A stretch of 64,000 nt of DNA from Selaginella moellendorffii (taxonomy: Eukaryota; Plantae; Lycopodiophyta). Every line of letters starts with the position of its first letter. The first letter of the stretch is position 1. Made by a program: the position numbers and the translations under genes. The notes beneath the pieces are model-generated. The model was not told the origin of the DNA, did not search any database, and worked only from the letters and a program-made list of their open reading frames with translations. This document shows positions 39,336 to 51,868 of this stretch, piece after piece. The DNA lies in NCBI RefSeq assembly GCF_000143415.4, contig NW_003314289.1, positions 1,420,293 to 1,484,292 on the forward strand, written 5' to 3'.

Positions 39336-42300
39336 ATGGCGGATCCAGCAGCTTTCGATTTCTTCTTCCAGCAGGCCGATGTGGATCGGGATGGGAAGGT
39401 GAGTGGCGCCGAGGCAATCCACTTCTTCAAGGGATCGAATTTGCCTCAGCCTGTTCTTGCCAAGGTAATGTAAAGACCGATGTATTTTCCTTGTTTTTAT
39501 TCTTTCTTTTGTTCTTTGTAGATTTGGCATGCTGCGGACAATGGCCATACCGGGTTTCTCTCGCGACCAGAGTTTTATAACGCCTTGAAGCTCGTCACGG
39601 TTGCTCAGTCTGGACGAGAGCTGACGCCGGAGATCATGAGAGCGGCGCTCGTCGGGCCGGCGTCGCTCAAGATTCCAGCTCCAAAAATTCAGCTCCCCGC
39701 GGGCCAGCAGTCGCAAATCCCAGTTCCTGGACAACAGGCACCACCACCTCTTCCAGTTTCAACGACGCAAGTTACTGTTCAACCTGGTAGGACTTCGTTT
39801 AGCAGTGGACCGCCACCTCCACCACTTCAAGGCTCTCTACAACAAAATGCATCGTTTAGCGTCGCACAGCCAGCTCCCGGTGCTTCACCAAGACCATCGT
39901 TTACCGGCGGCAGCGCGTCACAGCCACCATCGTATACCGGTGCTACCACGCTACAACCACAGCAGGGACCATCTTTTCCCGGTGCTACCACGCCACAACC
40001 ACAGCAAACACCATCGTTTGCCAGTGCTACCGCGTCACAGCCAACATCATCGTTTGCAAGCGCTCCTTTACCACAACCACAGCAAACACCGTCGTTTCCT
40101 ACGCAACTGCAGCAAGCACCATCGTTTGCAACCAATGCAAACACGTCACAGCTTCAGCAAACACCACCGTTTGCCACTGCTCCTACACCACAGCCTCAGC
40201 AAACTCCTCGGGCACCGGTGTATCAACAGCAACCTCCAGTACAAAGCGTTCCAAGACCAGGTTCTTCCGGTGGACTTGGAGCAGAGTCTTGGCGGCCAAG
40301 CAGTGTGCAAGGTCAGCTCTTTTCATCGGCAACCCCAGTGAGACCAACAACTTCAGCTATACCCAATCAAAGTTTTTCTGTCAACAATGGCCCGAGCACC
40401 AACTTTGCTTCCCAGCAAGGTCCTGGTGCTCCTCCGGGGTTGCGGGCTGGAGCTGGAGCTCCCGATAGAGCTAAAGCCTCTGGAGGATTTAGTCCCTTTG
40501 GCAACGACGCGTTTTCCGTGAGCTCTACTACAGCAAGACCGGCGATTGATCAGAACTTTGTTGCTTCATCTCCGTTGACACCGAGACAGCCGTCGCCAGG
40601 AATGTCCCCGCAAGCGCCGCCTCCTAAAGTCATGCACGGTTTCAGACCCCCAATGGGGGCTGCATGGCCTAAGATGACAGCAAACGATGTACAGCGCTAC
40701 TCTCGAGTTTTTACGGACGTTGACACAGACAAAGACGGGAAGATCACAGGCATACAAGCACGGGATCTCTTCTTGAGCTGGAGACTTCCTAGAGGTATTT
40801 TATTTTGTCAGATGTGCATTGGCTCTTAACTTTCTCTCCAGACGTCTTGAAGCAGGTTTGGGACCTATCGGATCAAGATGGCGATAGCATGCTTTCTTTT
40901 CGGGAATTCTCTACGGCTTTATATCTGATGGAACGGCTTCGAGAAGGCCGCCCTTTACCTCCTGTTCTTCCAGCGGGCTTTCATTTTGACGATGGCACTC
41001 CTCAGTCTCATCTTGCTGCTGCACAAGGCTATAATCAGCCTTCTTGGCAGCGCAATGCAAGTACGTTCATTCTTTCCTTTTCGTACTGGAGTATGAATTA
41101 ACACAAGCGAACAGGACCAGGTATGCCTCCAGGACTTGTTCCGCAAGAACAATTCGGCATGCCGGGTGCATTTCAAGGACAACAGACAGGAAGACATGCT
41201 AGAGCCAGACCCAGGGGTGCGGAGTTTAATGGCAGTGACAAGGTAAATTAATCAAGAAAGACGTGGGGGCAACCTGACTTTCTGTTATTTGCAGCCAAAT
41301 CAAAGTGAGGGGAAAGTTTTGGATTCAAAAGAAAAGCTTGAATATTATCGTAACAAGCTACAGGAAATCGTAAGGACGTCGTCAATTTTTTTTTTTTTTT
41401 CTTTCTCTGTGGTAACATTCTGTATGCAGGTGTTATTCAAAAGAAAATGTGACAACCGTTTATCGGAGATCACTGACAGAGCGGCTGCCGAAAAACGCGA
41501 GGTGGGAGGTCCTATTAGTTCTTTGTTTATCTGGTTGGGAACGTCGATTTGTGTGTGTAGGAGGAAATCATGGCGAAGAAGTATGAAGAAAAGTATAAGC
41601 AGGCACTGGAAGTGAATTCACGTTTGGTGTCTGAAGAAGCAGCCTTTCGCGAAACACAGGTCTGCTTGTGCCTAAGATATGCATACTAAAAACTGATCTC
41701 TTCAGACACTCAAATCTGAGCTTCGGAGTGCGATTGCTGAAATTGAACGCGGGGGAAATCCAAATGCGCTGCTCCAGGTTACGCACAGAATTATTTATGC
41801 CTGCTCTGATTTGTTTTTTTCTCTCCAACAGACTCGTGCAGATCGTATTGCAAATGACCTTGATGAACTTGAGAAGGCGTTGGTCCAGCGTGGTAACCTT
41901 CTTGGGCTTCAAGTTAGCGGGACAGCCAAAGTTGAGCTTCCATTTGGTAAGTGAAACAATCGGGACATTTATAGCTTATGCTGACGCGTGGATTGACAGG
42001 ATGGCAGCCAGGGCTTCAAGAAAATGCCGTTGAATGGGATGAGGACTGGGATAAGTTTGATGACGAAGGTTGGCAATTGTTTATTTCCCATTCGCATATT
42101 TACTTATAATGCATGCAGGATACAACACGATTCAAGGGATTATGGACGAGCAACCTGTATCTGGAACAGCGTCACATCCTGGCTGGGACGAGAATAGCAT
42201 GTTTGCTGATGGCTTTGACTTTGCATCCGAGCCCATTCACGCGGAGGAAAACTTTGATAAAGGGCCTGCTGACTCGCCGCACGCAGAAAGCGAAACGAGC

Positions 42301-42980
42301 TCCATCAAAAGTGGTGTTGATAGCCCACAGTGGTCTCCAAAAGGTTACCCGTCCAAGAGAAGCATTCCTGGAAGTTCTCCTTTGTCAGCCAAAGCAGATC
42401 ACAGGCAAGGACGTAAATTTCTGACTTTGTGTTTTTCTTCTAATATACGTCTTGTAGCTTTGAGTCGCACGAAGACGAGCCGCCCTTCCATTCTTCAAGG
42501 TTTGCTCTTCGATTTCATGGTAATGAACTTTTGTTTCGACTCGTTCTCTTTTGCAGCTTTGATCAAGATCCATCTTTTGACTCAACGGATCACTACGAAG
42601 AAACTCCTTGGACTAGCGCGTTCGGCAACCCAAACGAGGATGTGTGGGGTCTAGGGACCGACTCTCCATCTTCCTCTTTCCAGGTACTCTCTAACTTGTT
42701 ATTCTGATTTGGTGTCATCATAACACAGGCGTCTTTCCTTCAGCCTTTAGCGGTTAAAACCCGATCAGAAAGAGACTTTTTGGACTTGGGATCGATGAAC
42801 ATAAGCTCTCCTGCTCACAGCGAAGCCAAGAACGAAGGCGATTTCTTTGGCAAAAAGGAGTGGAACGATTGGCCTGGTGACACCAACAGCACTTCAGTGC
42901 CAAGCACTCCGTTGTTTAAGAGTGAGTCGCCAAAACATGAAGGCTCGTATTTCGGTCAACCGAGCCGGCTCGAGTTATGA
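39336..42980 (+). CDS. EH-domain (Eps15 homology) endocytic protein, AtEH1/Pan1-like
   Basis: FQQADVDRDGKVSGAEA; second EH FTDVDTDKDGKITG...QVWDLSDQDGDSMLSFREF; coiled coil; acidic WDEDWDKFDDEG; 3' end approximate. Confidence 0.88.
39880..40210 (+). repeat. Coding tandem repeats (QQTPSFAxAxxPQP-like, about 11-13 aa) in the EH protein
   Basis: Recurrent ccatcgttt...ccacaaccacagcaaaca units. Confidence 0.7.
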
Positions 42981-43646
42981 TATGATGCAACGCTTGTAGA
43001 TTGAGGTACCTTTTGTAATTGGTTTCTCCCACTCACTTTTGCAGTGGTTATTTCTATACACATTTTTTCGATCGCGATTATAAGAGCAAGAAATATGGAT
43101 CTTAAGGGTACTGACTTTTTCATTGCCTTTCCAGTGAAGCATAGAAACTTAAAGATTGGAGGTGTGCTAGAACCAAACAACCTCAGGTGGCATATCTCTT
43201 CCCCTCTCTTTGTGAGTTTCTTAATATCATTGTTCTTACAAGTGACGGGAAGTATTTGGCATTCAAGGTAGTTATGGACACCCTTTCGGCAAAGATCATT
43301 CAAGTTTAAAGCACTCCTCAAAGCTCTTGTGGCGCAGCCCCAAACATCCGACATGCGATCGCAGAAGTGCGTAGTTACATTGTAACAGGTTCTTTAGAAA
43401 TTCTTTTTTCGTTTTTGTTTTTCTCTTCTTTTGTACACGTAATTTACAGCGACGGGGGTTCAATACCCTTCCTAAGAATTTTTACTTTAAACCGAGGTGT
43501 CGTAACTACCGCCTCTTCACGTCTCGCGCGCTTCGTCTCCTTCGGTTTTCCAGCTTCTCATGTGTCTGATATAAAGGTATGCGCCTTGTTCTTTCTGTGT
43601 TTGCCACAAAATTTTGTTTTCCTCTACCGCAGGAAAACCGCTTATC

Positions 43647-45463
43647 ATGACGCGGGGGCTACTTTTCTTACTGGTGCTGCTCTTCATGAGTAGCATCGTC
43701 AGCTGTAAGTTGTAGTTGCTGCAAATGAGTGCCCGAGATGATATCTTTTTCTTCATAATGCAGGTGACTTGGAGTGCGAGGATTTGCCGGCAGAGGATTG
43801 TGCATTTGCGGTCTCGTCGTCGGGAGCCAGATGCATGCTTCAAAACGCAACCAACGAACTGAAATGCCAAGTACAAGTCTTTCGTAGCTGCTTGCTTTGA
43901 GCTCATCACAGCTGGATTTTTGTTGCAGACGTCCATGGTCATGTCGGACAAAAGAGTGGAATGGATTGAGAGTAGCGAGTGTATGCAGTCGTGTGGAGTC
44001 GACAGAATGACGGTTGGAATGTCCCCAGACGCGTTGCTCGACAAGTCTTTTCTTCCCAAGCTCTGCAGCCCGAGCTGTCAGATTAGCTGCCACAACATTT
44101 TCGATCTTTACGTTAGTCTCGCCGTTGGCGAAGGTAACACTTTTCACTTGAGAGAAAAAGGCTTGAAGTTTTATCTCTTTCCTTACCAGGTTTCTACTTA
44201 CCGAGTCTCTGCCAAACACAACCTGTGAGGGTGCACAGAAAGATGAAGGTCGACTCGACTCCTCTTATCAAGCCTCCGGACGAGAGTCTTCCAGCTCCAG
44301 CTCCAGCGCCCGAATTATCAGCAGCTCAAGGAAGTGTCCCCGCGGGCTCGCCGTCGCCAACGTCAACTCCATCTATTCAAGCACCAGCTCAAGCACCAGC
44401 AATTCAAGTACCAGTTCCAGCACCAGCACCAGCAATTCAAGCACCAGAACAGGCAGAAGCAGTGCAAGCACCAGTTCCAGCGCCGCAGCATGTCCAAGCA
44501 CCGGCTCCAGCACCAGAGCAAGCAAATGAGCCACCGGCACCAGTACCAGCTCTTCCAGTTTCAGTCGCGGCTCCGGCACCAGAGCTAACTCTAGCTCCGG
44601 CCCCGGTTTTACCAGCGGAGGAGCCTGTTCCATTCTCGCCAACTTTGACACCAGCCGAGGAGCCTTTCCAGCCTTTCCCATCTCCGCCAACTTTCGCACC
44701 GGCAGAGGAGCCGTATCCATCGCCAGTGGTGGCAGCACCAGCGGCAGAGCCAGCTCTAGCGGAGGAGCCAGCTCCGGCTCCAGTGGCTGAAGAGCCCGTC
44801 CAAGTTCCGGCCGAGCAACCAGCCGAAGCTCTTGCTCCATCTCTCGAAGACGGCGGCTGGTCTCAAGAAGTCGAAACTCCAGCGCCGGCTCCAGTGGCTG
44901 CCTTGGCCGAGGCGGAGGCTCCTTCGGCTGCTACACCGATTTACGAGTCACACTTTGAGCTCGAAGCCCCGCCTCCAAGCACGTACTACGACGAGGAGCC
45001 AGCAGCAGCACCATCGGAGGAATCTGGCGTCGCGGAGGCTCCAAGTTCTTCGAGTTCTTACGAGGAAGCTGTCCCGCCAACTTTGTTTGATGGTGGTGCC
45101 GAGGGACCAGTGGAAGCACCGAATGCTTTGGAAGGACCGGCTCCCTCCCAGGAAGAAGAAGCTCCGCCGCCAGGTTTCTATGGCGAGGAAGAAGCTCCGG
45201 CCCCGGATTTGCTCGCGAGCGGAGAAGAAGGCGAAGCTCCATCTCCATACAGCGAAGAAGAAGAAGCTCCATCTCCAGCGTTTGAGCAACCGGAAGGAGG
45301 AGCTGAAGAATCTGAGCAGCAACAAGGAGGAACTCGAGCTCCATCTCCAGCGATTGAGAAAGCTCCATCTCCAGCATTTGAGCAGCAACAAGGAGGAACT
45401 CCATCTCCATCTCCAGCGTTTGAGAACCAACAAGGAGGAGGAGCTCCACCACTACCTTTTTAA
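43647..45463 (+). CDS. PAR1-domain secreted protein with about 400-aa Pro/Ala/Glu-rich AGP-like tail
   Basis: Signal peptide|LECEDLPAEDCAFAVSSSGARCML|EWIESSECMQSCGVDRMTVGMSPDALLD...LCSPSC..CHNIFDLYVSLAVGE|GFYLPSLC, then in frame APAPAP/EEAPSP repeats. Confidence 0.85.
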
Positions 45464-46100
45464 ATTTCCCTCGTAGTTTTGTAATATTAAGTCACTCGCG
45501 ATGCGTGATGGAAAGATTTCTCTTGCTGGAATCGTCAAGCGCCATTCGCGAATGCGGCTGCTATGATCCAAGATCCAAGCGATCGATCATCGGGCAATCT
45601 TCCCTCTCATGGAGCGGCATCGAGTCCATTTCTTCGCGGAGCTCTTGGCAGCGTAATGCGTGTCCTCCCATTTTTTGCTCTATACACATTCGTTTTGGTC
45701 GCGATTAGGTGGCAATCGAGAGAGCGAGGAGCTCAAACAAGCCTGGATTCGTAGAGAGTCAAGGTTTACGTGACTGAATTTCTCAGCGAATTTTTCGTTT
45801 TTTGCTTGTTTCCAGTGAAGCACAGAAGCGTACTGCTCGTACTGGCCGGAGTGGAAACCAAGAACAACATGATGGTGCACGGCATGGAGTCTGTGCGCGA
45901 TAGCTCTCTGGAACAAACTTTACGAAAGCTATGGCCCCGGTCGCTTTCTCTTGCACACAGATGGATGGGCGTGGACGATTCGCACGGCAAGCTCACGCTT
46001 CTGGCTCTTTCGGTGACAAGGTGGGATTTCTCTCTCCTTTGTCAGCTTTTTGTTTCTAGGTGGAATCGAGCTTTTCCTCATCGTGTTTGCTCTCCAGGCG

Positions 46101-47159
46101 ATGAACTACGACCAAGTGAAGCTCCGAGATGGGAGGTGTCTGGCCTACAAAGAATTCGGAGTCGACAGGAGCTCGGCGAGATTCAAGGTGGTGGTCATTC
46201 ATGGGCTTGGCAGTTCTCGCGACGCTCTTTTCCCGTGCTCAAAGGTACGTAGTAGAGAGACTCCTTCCCTTTCGAAAGTTTGGCTAGCCTACTCGATCGC
46301 AGGAGCTTGCGGACGAGCTGGGACTTTACATGGTCGGATTCGATCGAGCTGGCTATGGACACAGCGACCCTTTTCCGCAAAGATCTGTGAAGTCCGAAGC
46401 GCTCGACATCCAGGATTTGGCAGACCAGCTTCAACTCGGTGCGAAGTTCCACATCATAGCAATCTCGATTGGTGGCTACTCGGCATGGTCGTGTCTCAAG
46501 TACATTCCACACAGGTATATCATCTCTTCTTTTCAAGCTCTATCTCCTTCGCACTCAATCCTTTCTTTCTCTCCCAGGATTGCTGGAGCGGCACTTGTTG
46601 CTCCAGCCATCAACTACTGGTGGCCGTGCTTGCCACCATCTCTTTCTCACCAGGCTTTCAGCGCTCGATCGTTTCTAGACAAGTGTGGCCTTCGACTGGC
46701 TCACTACTTCCCCGGCCTCTACACCTGGTGGAGCAGCCAGAGATGGCTAGAACCCGGCATTTCCAGGCTCGACAAGGTGGACCAGACCATCCTGGCCAGT
46801 CCCAACATCCTCAAGGCAAGAAAAAAACTCTTTTTTTTCTCCTCCGCTTGATCGTTCTCTCGATTTCTCAGCACCGGAGCCAAGCCCAACGCCAGGGAGC
46901 CCAGGAATCCACCGCGAGAGACATCCTCGTCCAGTTTGCGAGCTGGGAATTCGATCCAAGCCAGGTGGAGCAGCCGGGAGAGGGAATTCGCGTGGATATC
47001 TGGCAGGGCGATCGAGATTACTTGGTTCCGGCGCTCCTCCAGCGTTGCATCCACGAAAGATTGCCCTGGACCGGCTATCACGAGCTCCCAGAAATGGGCC
47101 ACTTGTTCTTCCTCCTCCCGGGGCGTGGAGAGGAGATTATCCGCACGCTACTAATCTAA
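46101..47159 (+). CDS. Alpha/beta hydrolase
   Basis: KLRDGRCLAYKE, VIHGLGSSR, FDRAGYGHSDP, nucleophile AISIGG, IWQGDRDYLVP, GHLF; the true start may lie upstream. Confidence 0.9.
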   Translation: MNYDQVKLRDGRCLAYKEFGVDRSSARFKVVVIHGLGSSRDALFPCSKVRSRETPSLSKVWLAYSIAGACGRAGTLHGRIRSSWLWTQRPFSAKICEVRSARHPGFGRPASTRCEVPHHSNLDWWLLGMVVSQVHSTQVYHLFFSSSISFALNPFFLSQDCWSGTCCSSHQLLVAVLATISFSPGFQRSIVSRQVWPSTGSLLPRPLHLVEQPEMARTRHFQARQGGPDHPGQSQHPQGKKKTLFFLLRLIVLSISQHRSQAQRQGAQESTARDILVQFASWEFDPSQVEQPGEGIRVDIWQGDRDYLVPALLQRCIHERLPWTGYHELPEMGHLFFLLPGRGEEIIRTLLI

Positions 47160-47581
47160 CCACGCTTATTATTCTAACCTGATCTCGTTTAGTCTAAACT
47201 TGTATTAAGACAAGATTAGTTTTTAAAGAAACATTGATTAGTTTAAAAGTACATAATCTTGTTTACTCTAAAATTGGTTACCATAGTGACAAGTGGCGAG
47301 AATCCTACCGTGAAAATAAAACTGCCACGTGGAGTGCGGCCTGCCGCGCGATTTGAATTATATGTGGTTTAGGTTAGGAAGAACACGAAGAACACCTGAG
47401 CGGGGCCATGGCGTACGGGTATGACCTCGCGCTCGCGCTCTTTCTCGCGATGCGTGATTCCAGGTAGCACACAGGGAAGAAAGATTTGTCTACATGGGAA
47501 GATCGAGGCAGCGTTGCAGGGATAGATCCCTACCGGGCAGGAGCTGGGGCTGGATTTCGCCGTGAGCGCTGGAAGAATCCA

Positions 47582-49039
47582 ATGTGCGCGGCCAGATTAT
47601 CGATCAAGGGAGCGGCGGCACCCTCGTGTTCTCCAGATCAGGGAAAGCCGCTGCTACTGGCGCCTTCTTCCGGCTCGCATCATCGCCGGGAGAGATTCAA
47701 GATCCTCGCGGCCGCGGGAATCAGCGCCTTCTTGCTGCTGTCGCTCACATTCTCCCCTCTCTGGAGCCTCCACGCCAGGCATCGCCCCATCCTCTCGCGG
47801 ACAAGCTCTTCCATTTCCTCCTCCTCCGCCGCGACGACGCAGCAGCCCCGGCGCTCGTACGATGTGCTCCACTACACCGCACTGGAGGCCAGCGATGGCG
47901 ACGAGAGGGATAGAATCCGGCAGCTCCTGGACGAGCGATCGTCGGCCAAGTACTACTGGCACCACGGGCGGGGCGGGCGTGGCAGGGTGGAGCTGGAGCA
48001 CAGCGATGGCTACGAGCGGCGCCGCCCCACCCCCATGCGGAGGCTGCGAGATCGTCGGTGGACGCCGGATCTCTCCAATCCCAGGTACGCTCCCTACACC
48101 GGAGAATTCCGCCAGATGCTCCAGAGCTGGGCTCGCCGCAAGCGCTACGATCCAGAGATCATGGCCGAGCTCCTTCCAGCGATCAAAGAGCCCATTGACC
48201 GCCACTACAAGAACTTATCCACCACCACCACCACCAAGGAGGACGAACTAGTGATCCAAGAGCAAGCCCACCATCGCCACCACCACCATCTCACCAAGGA
48301 GGATGACCGAAAAGGACACTTTGGCGACCAAGGAAGATCATCATCGCCATCGCCATCGCCATACCCGACGTGTGCCGTGGTTGGAAACAGCGGCGTCCTC
48401 CTCAACCGGACTTACGGCGCGCTCATCGACAGCTACCAGATGGTGATGCGCCTCAACAACGCAAAGGTGGCGGGCTTCGAGCGCTGGGTGGGATCCAAGA
48501 CCACCATCTCCTTCGTCAACAGCAACATCGTCCACTCGTGCGCTCGCCGCCACCGCTGCTCCTGCCCCTCCTACGGCGACGCCGTCCCCACCGTCTCCTA
48601 CGTCTGCCAAGTTGCGCACTTCCTCGACTTGGCCTACTGCCGCGCGCATCGCCGAGCTCCGCTGCTCGTCACCGATCCCCGCTTCGACAGCCTCGCCACC
48701 CGGATCGTCCGCTACTACTCGCTCCGCCACTTCTTCCACACCACCGGGAGATCTTACGACGACTGGAACAAGCTCCACGACGGGACGCTCTTCCACTACT
48801 CGTCCGGGATGCAAGCGGTGATGCTGGCGCTGGGGATCTGCGACGAGGTGGGCCTGTTTGGATTCGGGAAGCTGTCCAATTCCACTCACCACTATCATAC
48901 CAACCAGAGGACCGAGCTCGCGCTTCACGACTACGAGGCCGAGTATATCTTGTACCATGATCTCGTCCATCGCCCAGGTATGGTTCCTTTTCTTAATGAG
49001 TCTGGCCTGGCGGTTCCTCCTGTGAAGATCTTCCTCTGA
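47582..49039 (+). CDS. GT29 sialyltransferase-like protein (GALT29A-like), intronless
   Basis: TM anchor; sialylmotif L CAVVGNSGVLL...VMRLNNA...GSKT; motif S YSSGMQAVMLALGICDEVGLFGF; HHY; HDYEAE. Confidence 0.92.
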   Translation: MCAARLSIKGAAAPSCSPDQGKPLLLAPSSGSHHRRERFKILAAAGISAFLLLSLTFSPLWSLHARHRPILSRTSSSISSSSAATTQQPRRSYDVLHYTALEASDGDERDRIRQLLDERSSAKYYWHHGRGGRGRVELEHSDGYERRRPTPMRRLRDRRWTPDLSNPRYAPYTGEFRQMLQSWARRKRYDPEIMAELLPAIKEPIDRHYKNLSTTTTTKEDELVIQEQAHHRHHHHLTKEDDRKGHFGDQGRSSSPSPSPYPTCAVVGNSGVLLNRTYGALIDSYQMVMRLNNAKVAGFERWVGSKTTISFVNSNIVHSCARRHRCSCPSYGDAVPTVSYVCQVAHFLDLAYCRAHRRAPLLVTDPRFDSLATRIVRYYSLRHFFHTTGRSYDDWNKLHDGTLFHYSSGMQAVMLALGICDEVGLFGFGKLSNSTHHYHTNQRTELALHDYEAEYILYHDLVHRPGMVPFLNESGLAVPPVKIFL

Positions 49040-49205
49040 GAAACTCAACCACACTTTTTTTTTGCTCTTCTCCTGTTTCTTAGGAAGAAAAAAAGAGAGA
49101 GATCTTTCATCTTTTACCTGTACATTTTGCTCTTACGAAGAAAAAGTTTCCATTCTTTTTTTTTTTCCTTGAGTTTTCGTAGCGTTTTGGAAGATCGATC
49201 GAAGC

Positions 49206-49884
49206 TCAGTAGTAGTCCGTCTGCCTTTGTGCTACTTCGCTCTGCAAAATTCGTGATTCGTTTGATCGACTGGAAACACAAAAGTATCGATTTTTCTTTC
49301 ACAAACCTCGAATGCTCTCTTGAGATGCTCCAGCTCCTTGTCCAGATCGCTGAGGGCCAGGTTGTACGCTTGAATCGGTGACGACTGGCTGGTGGTTTGC
49401 ACCTATGGATCGATCAAAGTTTCATCCATCAGTGCTTAGAAGAAAAAATGATGGAAAAAAGAGAAGCTTTCACCTTGACAATGATCTTGTATTGCAATGG
49501 ATGTGGTAGCTTGTATCCAGCAAACAATACATTGGGATCGCGGTGTAGCTGCCTGAAAGCCAAAGAAAAAAAAAGAAGAATCACTCTAGGAAGCTAAACA
49601 AAAGAGAGGATTTGATTTTCTAGCTTACATGCGGACAACGTTTCCAACAGTGTGATCTTCTCGCTGAATGGTGAAAGCGCCGGCATTCATTACCTTCATA
49701 TCCCTCTCATACGCAACCCTACGCGCGATCAAGAGAAAAAAAAAAAAAAGAGAAAGGACTTTTGAGCAGCCACGGCACTGGAAATCATCGCGCGCGCGGG
49801 CGCCCGCAATGCCGTAACATCCACAACTTACTTCTTGGTGCCCTCGGGAACGACGAAGCGCTCATAGCGATCCGGCGCGTTCAT
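49206..49884 (-). CDS. NRPB11: RNA polymerase II subunit RPB11
   Basis: [18 protein letters not shown]|[30 protein letters not shown]|[26 protein letters not shown]|[14 protein letters not shown]...FE|[11 protein letters not shown]. Confidence 0.96.
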
Positions 49885-50419
49885 GGCGACAAAAGAGAAG
49901 AAGAAAGAAGAAAACCCCAACTTTAGGGTTTATGGGTTCCCTCGCTTCGGGGGTTCGAATCCTTTTCATCGCGATTTCCTCGCGCGAAATGCATGACACC
50001 ACGAAAATCTCCACCACCGATTCCTTGCCAGCACCGAAATCGTGAAACCCAAACGTCGATCGATCGAAAGAGCTGCCCAAGAACCCTAAAATCACAGCAC
50101 ACGCGTTCTTGGATCTCCCCTGTTTCTGTTCTTTCAAAAGTAGGTACCAGCGGCACTGTAAGTACACTACATTGCTTTGGAAAATAAAGAGAGAAAAAAA
50201 AAACCACAGTGATTCTTTCCTTGCTCATCCTTTACATTGTGTTCTTTGGATCGGTCGATCGCTCCCTGTTTCGTTCTTGGCCCTCTCTCTCGATCGATCG
50301 ATCGATCCAGAGGAGAAGAAGAAGAGTGTTGCTAGGAATTGTGATGAATCAAATCAAAACCACCAAAGCCCAGCCATGGATCATGCTCGCGGGCGCGCGC
50401 GCGAGAGAGAGAGAGAGGC

Positions 50420-51868
50420 TCAGTGCCGCGTTGGAACGAACGCGAGGTGCTGGAGATGGTGGTGGTGTTGATGCGGGTGGATCGATCCACCGCCAAAGAA
50501 ATCGTGCTGCTGGTGATGGCGCTGGAGCTGCGATGCTCGCGGATCAAACAATCCAAATTTCCCGGCCGCCAGCGCCGCCGCCACCGCGGTGGGCGACGAT
50601 CCGGAGGAGCAAGACGAGAGCGGCGGCGAGGAGGCCGCCGCCGCCGCTACTCCCGCCGCCAGCGGCGATCCAGCCCCGCCACCGCTAGCGGCGGCGGCAG
50701 CTTCCGCCATGTAGCGCTGGACCTCCTTGGCTACCATGTCCTTCATCATCCCCAAGAGCCCATTGTTGCCACCATTGCCAGGAGGAGGAGAAGGAGCTCC
50801 TCCATCCAATCTTCCATCCAATCGCCCTTGCCGGGGCTGGAAGATCGGCGCGAGCGCTTGCGCCACCGCCGCCCGGATCGCGGCGCTCATCAATTCCACC
50901 GCGTCCTCGGCCCGGACGTAGCCGCTGGGCACGAACGCCGGGGCGGCATTCTGGAAGGAGGAAGGAGGAGGAGTGCTTGGCGGCGGCGGCGGCGGAGGAG
51001 GAGCTGGAGCTCCCGGCTTGCTCGATTCCATGGTCGCCGCTGGGATTTGCCCCGGGAGAGAAAGGCTGAGCGATGTGAGTGGATCCGCCGCGCCACCGGT
51101 GTTGGAGCTGGATTCCTCGCATGGATTGTAGCTGGCAAACGCGGACGCGCGGGGCAGGGGCTTGAAGATCCCATTGGCGGCGGCGGCGGCGGTGGTGGTG
51201 GTGGTGGCGGCGGTGGCGGTGGTGGCGGTGGTGGTGGTGCTCGTGGTCGTGTTCTTGGGCGACAGCGCGTCCCCAAAATTCATCCTTTTCAAGCTCCGCG
51301 AATCCACCTCCCAATTGCTGCCATCCTCGTCGTCGTTGGACATGTCATTGCTGCTGCGCTTGAAGCTCGAGATCTCCTCCTCGTCGCTGTTCTTGACGAA
51401 CTGGTGGATCTGGTGGTGCTGGCGATGATTGGCGTTCTCGTGCTCGATGATGGCGGCAGCGTGGCTCTTCTCGCCGCCGCTACCACCGCCGCTGGCACAG
51501 CAGCGCCGCCGGAGAGTGGAGTTCCAGTGGTTCTTGATCGCGTTGTCTGTTCTTCCGGGCAAGAGGCGCGCGATGGTCGCCCACTTGTTCCCGTGCTGCG
51601 AATGCGCCTTGATGATGGTGGCGTCCTCGGCGGCGGTGAAGGGGCGGTGCTCCACCTGGGGGCTCAGCTGGTTGCACCACCGCAGCCGGCACGATTTGCC
51701 CGATCGCCCAGCAATCCCCTTGCTGATGAGCGACCAATTCCTCGCGCCATACTTGTCCACCAGCTTCTGGAGCGCCGCGTCCTCCTCGGGGCTCCACGGC
51801 CCCTTGATCCTGTCCAGCTCCTCCGCCGACGCTCCGCCACTCCCACCACCGCTCTTGCCAAGCGCCAT
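50420..51868 (-). CDS. Intronless R2R3-MYB, subgroup 22 (MYB44/73/77-like)
   Basis: [12 protein letters not shown]...[23 protein letters not shown]; [11 protein letters not shown] (EAR-like); [14 protein letters not shown] motif. Confidence 0.94.
   Translation of the reverse strand: MALGKSGGGSGGASAEELDRIKGPWSPEEDAALQKLVDKYGARNWSLISKGIAGRSGKSCRLRWCNQLSPQVEHRPFTAAEDATIIKAHSQHGNKWATIARLLPGRTDNAIKNHWNSTLRRRCCASGGGSGGEKSHAAAIIEHENANHRQHHQIHQFVKNSDEEEISSFKRSSNDMSNDDEDGSNWEVDSRSLKRMNFGDALSPKNTTTSTTTTATTATAATTTTTAAAAANGIFKPLPRASAFASYNPCEESSSNTGGAADPLTSLSLSLPGQIPAATMESSKPGAPAPPPPPPPPSTPPPSSFQNAAPAFVPSGYVRAEDAVELMSAAIRAAVAQALAPIFQPRQGRLDGRLDGGAPSPPPGNGGNNGLLGMMKDMVAKEVQRYMAEAAAAASGGGAGSPLAAGVAAAAASSPPLSSCSSGSSPTAVAAALAAGKFGLFDPRASQLQRHHQQHDFFGGGSIHPHQHHHHLQHLAFVPTRH

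Noticed and set aside
44334-45476. Several overlapping and antisense ORFs over the AGP-like tail
   Set aside because: Repetitive codon usage lacks stops in alternative frames
45500-46060. Small spliced gene or extra 5' exons of the hydrolase
   Set aside because: Splice-like signals are present but there is no recognisable protein, so it cannot be supported
43647-49039. Functional AGP cluster (AGP-like substrate plus GALT29A-like enzyme)
   Set aside because: Proximity only; an unrelated hydrolase lies between, and there is no evidence of co-regulation
47562-49054. Alternative-frame and antisense ORFs over the GT29 gene
   Set aside because: High-GC3 shadows with no motifs
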